NCBI GenBank assembly: GCA_048884965.1
Contig: JBHLQH010000041.1
Span: forward strand, 1-23,917
Reading direction: 5' to 3'
Length of the DNA stretch: 23,917 nt
From: Candidatus Thorarchaeota archaeon
GTDB lineage: Archaea > Asgardarchaeota > Thorarchaeia > Thorarchaeales > Thorarchaeaceae
Position numbers and translations under genes: made by a program. Shown one piece after another: positions 1 to 8,364 of this stretch. Position 1 is the stretch's first letter, and the number at the start of each line of letters is the position of its first letter. A model generated the notes under the pieces. It saw nothing but the letters and a program-made list of their open reading frames with translations, did not search any database and was not told the DNA's origin.

Positions 1-168
1 GTAGTCTTTGTGGGAGATTCGCTGAAAGACTATGAACGATCCAAAGGCATATGTCAATTCATCGGGATACGGGGGATCTTCACGGAGGAGGACTTTCGTA
101 AAGCAGGTCATACAGGACATATCGTCGATAGCATTGGTGATGTTCCGGACTTACTTGAGCCAATTTAG
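1..168 (+). CDS. HAD-superfamily hydrolase, C-terminal part (5'-truncated by window edge)
   Basis: My frame +1 translation, not in the ORF track: VVFVGDSLKDYERSKGICQFIGIRGIFTEEDFRKAGHTGHIVDSIGDVPDLLEPI*. It contains HAD motif IV (hhhGDSxxD) and a typical 'IVDSIxDL' tail. TAG at 166-168. Confidence 0.75.
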   Translation, partial: VVFVGDSLKDYERSKGICQFIGIRGIFTEEDFRKAGHTGHIVDSIGDVPDLLEPI

Positions 169-172
169 TAAC

Positions 173-1153
173 TTAAGCAGTTTCGTGAACGACTTCTCGG
201 GCAGGACCCTGACCTCTGACCTTATTCATTTGCTCCAGGACTGCTGTGATATGTGGAACGAGCTCTTCAGGAACTGTCACAATGTTCTCTTCAGGAAGCT
301 CCTCTAGGACATGTAATATCTTCTCAAGAGTATGTTTCTTCATCTGTCGACAGACAGCTCCTTCCCAGACTGGAATGATTTTCTTATCGGGATGGGCAGC
401 TTGGAGCTGATGAATAAGCCCCATCTCCGTCGCTATAATGAATGTGGTATTTGGAGATTCTTCAACAGTACGCGCCATCATACCGGTTGAGCCGACCATA
501 TCAGCGGCCTTCTGAACCTCAATAGGACATTCGGGATGAGCTATTGAAATGGCATCTGGGTATTGTTCTTTCAGCAAGAGAAGCTGTGCCACATCGAATT
601 GGTTGTGCACATAGCAATGGCCTCGAGGCTCAATATCAATAATCTCGACATCAGTATGACTCCTGACATAATCCGCAAGATTTGCATCGGGTCCAAAGAG
701 CACAGACTCAACACCCAAAGATTCCACGACTTCGACGGCACTGCCTGATGTACATATGACATCGGTTTCCGATTTTGTTTCAGCGGTTGTATTCACGTAA
801 ACTATTACAGGCACACCAGGATACTCTTCCTTCTTTTTCCGTATTCTATCCGCATCCACATAAGCGGCTAATGGACAGAGAGCACCGGGATCAGGAATAT
901 AGACAGGAACGCCATTGGATAGAACTGCAGCCATCTCAGCCATAAAACGAACACCTGAGAAGACAATCATGTCATATCCAGTAGCCTCTGCAGACTTTCG
1001 AGCAAGCTGAAGCGAGTCCCCCGTGAAATCGGCGATTTGCTGTATATCTAGCGTTTGATAATTATGAGCTAGAATCAATGCATTTCGTTTTTTCTTGAGC
1101 TCTAGGATTCTATGTTGAAGTTCAGTGCAGTCTTTGGACATGGTGTGGGACAC
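173..1153 (-). CDS. nadA: quinolinate synthase A (4Fe-4S)
   Basis: Motifs ILAHNYQ, GDSLQL, GVRFMAE, YVNTTAETK, CTS, FGPD, AHPEC and VGST, plus three cluster cysteines (LCPLA, HCYVH, VCRQMK). True start may be the ATG at 1141, with the upstream AGGTG acting as SD. Confidence 0.96.
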   Translation of the reverse strand: MSHTMSKDCTELQHRILELKKKRNALILAHNYQTLDIQQIADFTGDSLQLARKSAEATGYDMIVFSGVRFMAEMAAVLSNGVPVYIPDPGALCPLAAYVDADRIRKKKEEYPGVPVIVYVNTTAETKSETDVICTSGSAVEVVESLGVESVLFGPDANLADYVRSHTDVEIIDIEPRGHCYVHNQFDVAQLLLLKEQYPDAISIAHPECPIEVQKAADMVGSTGMMARTVEESPNTTFIIATEMGLIHQLQAAHPDKKIIPVWEGAVCRQMKKHTLEKILHVLEELPEENIVTVPEELVPHITAVLEQMNKVRGQGPAREVVHETA

Positions 1154-1196
1154 CTGTTGTAGCTATTGTTAATTCGCTTTTAATGGAAGTCCAATC

Positions 1197-1286
1197 GGCA
1201 AATGATGTCTTTCCATCGGTCCTCTGGCAACATTTGCCTCTTATCTAAGCGTTGCGATTGCTCACTTTAGGTTGATTTAAGAGGCA
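1197..1286. promoter_or_regulatory. overlapping inverted repeats in the divergent nadA / NAD-kinase-HTH intergenic region
   Basis: GGCAAATG (1197-1204) / CATTTGCC (1231-1238); GGCAA-CAT-TTGCC palindrome (1226-1238); TGCCTCTTA (1235-1243) / TAAGAGGCA (1278-1286). Confidence 0.4.
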
Positions 1287-1310
1287 TAGGACAGTGACAT
1301 AGAAACCTAG

Positions 1311-2378
1311 GTGTCGATGAAATTGAAGGTGTCAATTGTATCTGGGAATACATCGAATATGGTAGAAGACGCAGATGCAATTGCAGATCTCTTGAATAAC
1401 GGTAACTTCGAAATAGTACAGAGGGATACGATAAATGCCAGCTCGAAAACAAAAGGACGGGATATATACAAATCAGATCCGGACATATTGATTGTTGTTG
1501 GTTCTGATAGAACATTACTGAATGCTCTTCTTTCCATGGGCGAGGAATCAATACCTACATTACCGGTTGCTTCACGAGGTCATCCCGGCTTCCTCTTTGA
1601 TGTAACTTCATCCGACTTTGAACAAGTCTTAGATGATCTATCTGAGAATAGATGGACAGAGGATAGAAGAACTAGATTCTTTGCAACTATTGGGAAACGG
1701 AGAACACCGGCATTCCTTAACGAGATAGCCATTTTTCCACGAAGAAGCGCAACGCTACTTCGATATTCACTCTTTCTTGACGATGAGGAGTTCTGGCAAG
1801 ATGGAAGCGATGGTCTCATCATCTCAACACCAACAGGAAGTACCGCATACGCTATGAGTGGAGGCGGACCGATCGTCTTACACCCAGCGAAAGTTCTGAA
1901 TATCGTATCGGTGAATAGTGGCAATCCTGCCAGAAAACCTCTAGTGGTTTCGGAAGAGGTGCGAGTTGATATTCGTAATCTCACCAGTTCAGTGGCTATC
2001 GATGCGGTTATAGACGGACAAACTCGTATTCCCATTAAGAACGCTGATGTCACAGTTCTTAGGTCACCATCCGATGCAATCTTCGTTAAATTCGCCGAGG
2101 AGAGAGTTGCCGCTATTCAAGGAAAACTGATGAGAAAGACCGAAGTACGTGATGAGAAAACATCTGAGCTCCCTCCAAGCGCAAAGCTCGTGTTGAAGGT
2201 TCTAGAATATCAAGGGTCAATGACACAGAAACGGATTATAGAGGAAACGAATCTTCCTTCAAGGACTGTACGCTACGCACTATCCCTTCTTGTTTCGGAA
2301 GCGCTCGTTAGGAAACAAATATCACTACGAGATAGTAGACAAGCCCTCTATTCAATAAAAGAAACAAAAGAAACTTAG
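1311..2378 (+). CDS. NAD(+) kinase-family protein fused to a C-terminal winged helix-turn-helix domain
   Basis: NAD-kinase NE motif (FLNEIAI) and DGLIISTPTGSTAYAMSGGGP are present, but the GGDG motif is altered to GSDR. The C-terminal LPPSAKLVLKVLEYQGSMTQKRIIEETNLPSRTVRYALSLL is an archaeal MarR/TrmB-like wHTH. Start may be the ATG at 1317. Confidence 0.88.
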   Translation: MSMKLKVSIVSGNTSNMVEDADAIADLLNNGNFEIVQRDTINASSKTKGRDIYKSDPDILIVVGSDRTLLNALLSMGEESIPTLPVASRGHPGFLFDVTSSDFEQVLDDLSENRWTEDRRTRFFATIGKRRTPAFLNEIAIFPRRSATLLRYSLFLDDEEFWQDGSDGLIISTPTGSTAYAMSGGGPIVLHPAKVLNIVSVNSGNPARKPLVVSEEVRVDIRNLTSSVAIDAVIDGQTRIPIKNADVTVLRSPSDAIFVKFAEERVAAIQGKLMRKTEVRDEKTSELPPSAKLVLKVLEYQGSMTQKRIIEETNLPSRTVRYALSLLVSEALVRKQISLRDSRQALYSIKETKET

Positions 2379-2394
2379 TATAAGAAGTGATAAG

Positions 2395-4533
2395 ATGAAA
2401 CTCGATCGAACCGTAGCTCCCAAGACAAGAAACAGCTCACTGGACGCCCTATTCAAAAAAGCACTGAAGGCAGCTGAATCAATCCTTTCAGGAAAATCCA
2501 CTGAAGATAAAGGACCTTTTGGAGAGCCAATCGAGCTACTCTCCTATCAACTTGCGAAGAAGGCAGGATCTGATCTTTCCGCATTCGCAAAAGCACTACA
2601 GATAGACAATAGACTTTCATTGATTTTCAGAGATTTCATTGAGGATAAGGTTCCAGAAGCAATCCTTGAAGGCTTGATACTAGGAACCTATGGATTCATT
2701 CTTGGTCACTATGACGATGAAGATTTCAGGTATTTGTATCGATACACATTATCTGAGAGTGATAAAGACCATATCTACTCTGATTGGATGAAACGGTCCA
2801 TATCGCTCATAGCCGCCCTAGATCATGTGGCTGCGGAAGATATTATGCATGAAATTCGTTATTGGCTCTCATTCTTAGGAGCTCCACTCTATCTACCTTC
2901 AGACTTCACCGAGCATTGTATGGTCTTCGATGTCGATATAGAGCCAATTCTCAACAATGATGACATCAGAGTAGTCCTGTCTCTTAGGGCGCACCCTGAG
3001 TATCTTAAAGAAGCTGTTCAAGGTAGACCATTCGATGATCTCTACAATGCTACAAAGGAATGGGCTCCTGATGTACTCCTCTCAGATTTGTTCAAGATTT
3101 CGGAGGCAAGGATGTACAAGGAACTTGATGCCAAAATTAGCGATGAAATGAATGTAGAGAAGGCAATTGAAGTATCCCAAAAGGAGTTCAAGAAAAGCGG
3201 GTTCCAAGTTGACAAGGAAACACCAATTCCTGTTAAGCTTCAAAAACTTGAAAACCCTCCACCTCCAGAAGCGATCAATCCAGTCATCTTTGAGATGATC
3301 CCTCAAAAGCTTCGAATGCATCTTATGACGTCAGTTGCATATTCAACGACACCAAAAGAGGTCGAAATTATCTTTCTAGGAGGTCAGAAGATTGGAAGAA
3401 GCGGCATTCTCATTAAGACAGCAACTGGAGGTATCCTTCTTGATTATGGATTATCTGTTGCTAATCAAACCATTCCTGAATGGATTCCTGAGTTAGAAAC
3501 CATTGATACGATTCTAGTATCCCACAGCCATCTTGATCATATCGGAGGGCTTCCGATTCTGTTTGATAGATTTGAAGGTAGGTGGTGCAGTACTGGTACG
3601 ACCGGGGCAATTACCATGGCTTTACTAGATGACGCATTAAAGGTTGGTACACCTTTACCCCCGAGAAAGCATGACAAGTTGGATCGAATCTCCAAGTTTG
3701 ATGAGGAAAATGTTGAGAAGGTATCAAAGAACCACGTGAAACTTGAGGTTGGTGATACAAGTGAAGTAGCCCCAGGGATTCTTGTGACACCTGTTGATGC
3801 ATGTCACATTCCAGGGAGTGTAGCATACCTTGTCGATATTGAGGGTTTCAAGATACTCTACACAGGAGATTTTAATCTCGATCAATCAGTGCTCTTTCCA
3901 GGGGCCTCATTCCCCGTTGATCCAAATGTCGTCATATTTGATGGCACTTACTGGGGACGTGAGGATTTCAATCGTGCAATGGTAACAGAGCAGCTTTCAA
4001 CAGTTATTGAAAAGAACGGACCTGTAATCATTCCAAGCTTCGCAGTAGGACGATCACAAGAGATTCTTTCCATCTTGGATAAAATTGGAGTTACAAACAC
4101 GCACAATGTGATGGTTGCGGGTATGGCTGAGAAGGTCACTAAGATGGTAGGAATTTCAGGAAAATGGGAAGGAATGAAGAAGAACAAAACAGAGCTAGAA
4201 AAGGACGATGTACTCGTGGCAGGTGGAGGTATGATGGGAGGCGGTCTGGCTAAATACCATTTTCAGCAGCATCGCGATAACAAAGAGGCAGCTGTAATCC
4301 TCTGCGGGTATCTAGCACCAAGAACTACAGGATGGAACCTTTTGCATGGGTACGAACCTCACAAATGCCACCTTGAATACGCGCGTCTGAGTGCTCATTC
4401 ATCAGCTTCTAAACTTGAAGAGTATGTTGGATCCTGTAAGGGGAAGAAAGTAATGGTACATACACCTACCCTCGAACAACCGAAACAACTGATAATCCCG
4501 GAAGTCGCACAACGATTGAAGTTCAAAGTATGA
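2395..4533 (+). CDS. metallo-beta-lactamase/beta-CASP family nuclease with ~320 aa uncharacterised N-terminal extension
   Basis: From about aa 325: LDYG, SHSHLDH, CHIPGS, YTGD, DGTY, PSFAVGRSQE, LSAH and VH, i.e. MBL motifs 1-4 and beta-CASP motifs A-C. Lies 16 nt after the NAD-kinase gene, so probably the same operon. Confidence 0.88.
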   Translation: MKLDRTVAPKTRNSSLDALFKKALKAAESILSGKSTEDKGPFGEPIELLSYQLAKKAGSDLSAFAKALQIDNRLSLIFRDFIEDKVPEAILEGLILGTYGFILGHYDDEDFRYLYRYTLSESDKDHIYSDWMKRSISLIAALDHVAAEDIMHEIRYWLSFLGAPLYLPSDFTEHCMVFDVDIEPILNNDDIRVVLSLRAHPEYLKEAVQGRPFDDLYNATKEWAPDVLLSDLFKISEARMYKELDAKISDEMNVEKAIEVSQKEFKKSGFQVDKETPIPVKLQKLENPPPPEAINPVIFEMIPQKLRMHLMTSVAYSTTPKEVEIIFLGGQKIGRSGILIKTATGGILLDYGLSVANQTIPEWIPELETIDTILVSHSHLDHIGGLPILFDRFEGRWCSTGTTGAITMALLDDALKVGTPLPPRKHDKLDRISKFDEENVEKVSKNHVKLEVGDTSEVAPGILVTPVDACHIPGSVAYLVDIEGFKILYTGDFNLDQSVLFPGASFPVDPNVVIFDGTYWGREDFNRAMVTEQLSTVIEKNGPVIIPSFAVGRSQEILSILDKIGVTNTHNVMVAGMAEKVTKMVGISGKWEGMKKNKTELEKDDVLVAGGGMMGGGLAKYHFQQHRDNKEAAVILCGYLAPRTTGWNLLHGYEPHKCHLEYARLSAHSSASKLEEYVGSCKGKKVMVHTPTLEQPKQLIIPEVAQRLKFKV

Positions 4534-4539
4534 TTCTTA

Positions 4540-6510
4540 CTATACTACAACTTCAAGAATACCATCAAGAACTAGCTTAGTAGCAACGAACTTCATGGCA
4601 GGAAGACTGACATTACATTTGCGGACAACATCTTCCAAAGGAGTGGATCCATCACAGAAGTTCACGAATTTTACCACGACCTGTCCATATGGTTTAACAT
4701 GCGTTTCAGGATCAGGTTCTCCCTTCTTCTTGAGATGACTTTTTGCTCCTAGCTCGACCAAGAAACTGACCCATCCGAATTTCTTCATTATCTGAAGACA
4801 CCCTAGTACTTGCTCTCGTGGTAGGTCAATCGAGCGCACCAGTCCGCCTACGGTAGTATTGCTTTCTATAGCTGTCTTAACTTCAACTAGAGCTTTTCCG
4901 ACATCCCTATTGGCAAATGGAAGACCCTTTCCAGCTTCTCGTGTACGCACGGTATAGTCCAAACCAATTGGCACGAGAGGAAGCTCCGTCAAGATGCTGA
5001 AGACTGATGTCTCAAAAATCGTTCGTTCGCCATCCCATGTAGCCCAAATATCCTTGAACTGATCTTCGATATCGAAGAGAATACTTCCCATTTTCTTTCT
5101 ATAGGACTCTTCCTCAGTGTCGTTGCTGATGATCAAAGCTAATACAAAGTGAGGGGATTTCTCGACCATCACAAGGTTACCCTCATGCTCTATAGTTTCA
5201 AGAGCATCAGTTGCCTCAGCTCGACCATCTGGTGCTGCATCAATCCCACCAAACGAGTCTAGTGCAGAGATGAGGGATGCAACAGAGTTCGTATCTGTAA
5301 CCTCATCCGTGTAGTCGAGATGGTATGCAACATCAAACACTCCATCTTGCTGCACGATGAGAATCATACTGATAAGCTTCGTAGTTTGCTGGACTTGCTT
5401 CGTAACATGTTCCTTCGAGGTGTCCGCGCTGACCGAAGCAGTACCTGGATCATCACCACTAACCTCAGAGGTTAGGGGAGTAGCGCCAGACTCATCAGCA
5501 TATATGGATTCATCAAAATCAGTGGCATCATCATCACGATAAGGTACAGATTCAAAACCACTATCTTTGGAAACTGCACCGTCTTTCACTTCAGGTCTAT
5601 CAATTTCGTCGGTCTTTCTCCGAACAGTAATCATCTCACTGATAGGCCGCTCAGGTAGTTGGACTCCTACTGTCTTTGCAGCCACTTCAAGCATGAATCG
5701 AATGAACTCTTCCCGACGGGTCTTATTTGTGGCGACCATTGGAAATGTCGGGGCTCCGAGGAGACGTTTGATCTTCTCAGCCTTCATTGACTCGGGAAGG
5801 TCTTGCTTGTTCGCGATAATGAACAGAGGAACTGCAGGTGCCTCTTTTTTGATGTTCCTAAGAAGGGTCTTTGTCTGCATCACGTTCCTGAACGAGCTGT
5901 CTGTGATTAGGAAGATGATATCAGTGCCTTGGAAGTAGAAGCTCCAGAGATCCTGAAAAACTGCCTGTCCCGCAAAGTCCCAGATAGTTACGAGAAAAGT
6001 GCCGAACTGTATCGTTTCTGAGGAGTCAACTGCAACATTAATAGTTGGCACATATCCACCGGGGGCAGGATCCTTTCCGAATAGCAACCTCAGGAGGGTG
6101 CTCTTACCAACACCACCACTTCCAACGAATGATATCTTGAACCGAGTGAAGATAAGTTCTCCAAGAATATCTTCGAGATTGTCCTTGATGTAGCCCATGG
6201 AGTTACCGCGCAGTGCGGTAGTGACTCTCGCTGAGCCTTCTCGGATCTTGTGCTGGATGACACGATCCTCATCTCGACCATCCGTGATGAAGAGTAGTAG
6301 CAGGTCTTCACCTACAGGAGAATGGAATACCTTGTGCACTTCACTCACGAATACAGGAGTATCTGGTGAGAGCCCTTCAGTGACTTTCAGATCTTGGAAG
6401 CCCCTGAGGAACTCCTGAATATCATCAGGGCCAAAATCAATCCTCCAGAACCTGGCATTTACCACAATGTCTCCTGTTGCGGTTTCTATGAGCAGGACAT
6501 TGTGGATCAT
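4540..6510 (-). CDS. multidomain small GTPase (Arf/Rab-like): longin-like - GTPase - acidic linker - longin-like - tandem wHTH; eukaryotic-signature-type protein
   Basis: G1 GSGGVGKS, G2 PTI, G3 WDFAGQ, Arf-like LWSFYF and G4 NKQD. Flanking beta-beta-alpha-beta-beta-beta-alpha segments are longin-like. The ORF track starts at GTG 6522, but AGGTGA there looks like the SD for ATG 6510. Confidence 0.88.
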   Translation of the reverse strand: MIHNVLLIETATGDIVVNARFWRIDFGPDDIQEFLRGFQDLKVTEGLSPDTPVFVSEVHKVFHSPVGEDLLLLFITDGRDEDRVIQHKIREGSARVTTALRGNSMGYIKDNLEDILGELIFTRFKISFVGSGGVGKSTLLRLLFGKDPAPGGYVPTINVAVDSSETIQFGTFLVTIWDFAGQAVFQDLWSFYFQGTDIIFLITDSSFRNVMQTKTLLRNIKKEAPAVPLFIIANKQDLPESMKAEKIKRLLGAPTFPMVATNKTRREEFIRFMLEVAAKTVGVQLPERPISEMITVRRKTDEIDRPEVKDGAVSKDSGFESVPYRDDDATDFDESIYADESGATPLTSEVSGDDPGTASVSADTSKEHVTKQVQQTTKLISMILIVQQDGVFDVAYHLDYTDEVTDTNSVASLISALDSFGGIDAAPDGRAEATDALETIEHEGNLVMVEKSPHFVLALIISNDTEEESYRKKMGSILFDIEDQFKDIWATWDGERTIFETSVFSILTELPLVPIGLDYTVRTREAGKGLPFANRDVGKALVEVKTAIESNTTVGGLVRSIDLPREQVLGCLQIMKKFGWVSFLVELGAKSHLKKKGEPDPETHVKPYGQVVVKFVNFCDGSTPLEDVVRKCNVSLPAMKFVATKLVLDGILEVVV

Positions 6511-6625
6511 TCTTTTTATCACCTATTGAAGATATTTGATTGAGGTTCCTTGTGCTATTCAACTATTCTAGTAGTTTCATCCCATGTTTTTACTACAATT
6601 ACTATGAAGCTTTGGTTGATGTATA

Positions 6626-8314
6626 TTAATCTTTGAATGTAACGATACCGCGAGAGTATAAATCAGATATAACAGTAATTAGTACGCTCACTTGTATTTT
6701 GGTTCTTTCGCTTATCATCTTGACTGTATGTTCTCCATCCATAAGAGATGCAATTGGATCTAGGTGAGAGTAGATATTCCTGAGGTCAGCATCGATTTCA
6801 CAGACTAAGATAGGAACATCAGACTCCCTAACATCAAGCTTCATCTCAATGGACCCCATTGCATTCAGAAAGTGAATCGCACCGAGGGTCATCTTAGGAC
6901 CGGTTCCATTGGCCAAGGTAGATAGCTGAATTGTACCATCAAGACTACCCCATACTGCCTTCAGAAAGTCCCTTACTTCTTTGGATTCGAACTTATTCCA
7001 TTCTGGTTCTCGAACACGACACGGACGCATTCGCCCATGGAATTCCTCAGGAGGAAGGGTTGCCAGTAGTTTCAATGTGAAGGGAGGAGAGGAGTAGGGA
7101 TCACCTGTGCTCTCTAGAAACTCAGGTTTTTCATCCCTCCAGAGGTCTGGCAAGAACGAGAATTGAAGGCGAATGCTCTCGACATCCTCTGTTTGTCCAG
7201 TAACCAATGTGAAGATTAGATCATCAACCTCGATTAATGCATAGACTAGATTCTCAACTTGGACTACAGAGGTCTTGTTTCCCTCGGTAGTACCCATGCT
7301 GAAGGAAGTGATTGCAGCAACCACATTTGGAGCTCTCTGGAAGACCTCGTCTTGAGATACATAGAAGTATGTGAAAACAGGATCACCACTGTTTTTATCC
7401 ACGACATAGAATGCCTGATGACCTATTTGCTCATGTCTTTCTTCCTTTCCTTCTGATTCGTCCTGATTATCCACGTCACTATCCATAGGCCAAGTATTTG
7501 CTGCATATTCAGGATGCATATCGGACATGCCAAGTATTGCCAAGACAGACAGAAGAAGATACGTGGGTTTCTCAGACACAGAATCACACAAGTCTATCTG
7601 AAATTGTTGCTCATACTTTCGAGCCAACTCTAGTTGATCGTCCGATCCAGGCACGATTAACATTGGAGTAGAGGAGATAGATCGGATATTCTGAACAACA
7701 CCTTGAATGATCGTGAGATCTGGGATTGGCTTTCCCAGAATAAGAGCATAACCAGCTGTATTTGCTACTGGTGCTGTATCAAAGTCTGCTATAACTCTTG
7801 AAAAGGGAATCAGACTAATTTTGATGTTGTAGGGACCCATTGCGATGTAAGATTTCTTTCGAAGGAAGGTTACCATTCTTGCTACTGCTATTCCAGATCT
7901 ATTGTCAAGCCATGGAGTGGCATCGCTGATGAAGGTAACATGAACTTCCTCCCGTAGCAGTTCTCCAGCAATTGCAGAGAAGGATTTGCTTGCCTCCCGA
8001 GTTCCCTTCTTGCGTATCCTATCTGTTAGCATGTTGACAAATTCCGTTATTCGAATCTCCTCATTGAGAGAAAGATCAGGAGTGTCAAAGACGATGAGAA
8101 GCAGAGCATTACCTTCAATGCCATATATGCAAACGCTTTGACTTGAGTCAATCTTCTTTATGCAACCATCTTGAAAAGTATCGTTCTGAACGCGGTCATA
8201 ATAGAACTCGAGAATAGGCTGAATCGATATGCTCTCAGGTTCGAGGCTTATGAATGAGACCGATGACCATTTCTTTGCTCCGACTAGGTCATAGAGAATC
8301 GATCCCACTATCAA
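6626..8314 (-). CDS. longin-domain / winged-helix protein, paralogue of the neighbouring GTPase with a degenerate GTPase-like domain
   Basis: 562 aa, TTG start preceded by GAGGAG. Longin-like segment AFYVVDKNSGDPVFTY...VVAAITSFS...LIFTLVT. C-terminal wHTH-like repeats SLDGTIQLSTL and LMDGEHTVKMISERTKI...LYSRGIV. Confidence 0.75.
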   Translation of the reverse strand: MIVGSILYDLVGAKKWSSVSFISLEPESISIQPILEFYYDRVQNDTFQDGCIKKIDSSQSVCIYGIEGNALLLIVFDTPDLSLNEEIRITEFVNMLTDRIRKKGTREASKSFSAIAGELLREEVHVTFISDATPWLDNRSGIAVARMVTFLRKKSYIAMGPYNIKISLIPFSRVIADFDTAPVANTAGYALILGKPIPDLTIIQGVVQNIRSISSTPMLIVPGSDDQLELARKYEQQFQIDLCDSVSEKPTYLLLSVLAILGMSDMHPEYAANTWPMDSDVDNQDESEGKEERHEQIGHQAFYVVDKNSGDPVFTYFYVSQDEVFQRAPNVVAAITSFSMGTTEGNKTSVVQVENLVYALIEVDDLIFTLVTGQTEDVESIRLQFSFLPDLWRDEKPEFLESTGDPYSSPPFTLKLLATLPPEEFHGRMRPCRVREPEWNKFESKEVRDFLKAVWGSLDGTIQLSTLANGTGPKMTLGAIHFLNAMGSIEMKLDVRESDVPILVCEIDADLRNIYSHLDPIASLMDGEHTVKMISERTKIQVSVLITVISDLYSRGIVTFKD

Positions 8315-8364
8315 TTTGCTAACTCCTCAGACTGCTGATAAATTCAGACACTATTTTTCCTAAA

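Noticed and set aside
32-307. 91-aa + strand ORF
   Set aside because: It overlaps nadA antisense, and the real coding frame at the window start is the HAD fragment in frame +1.
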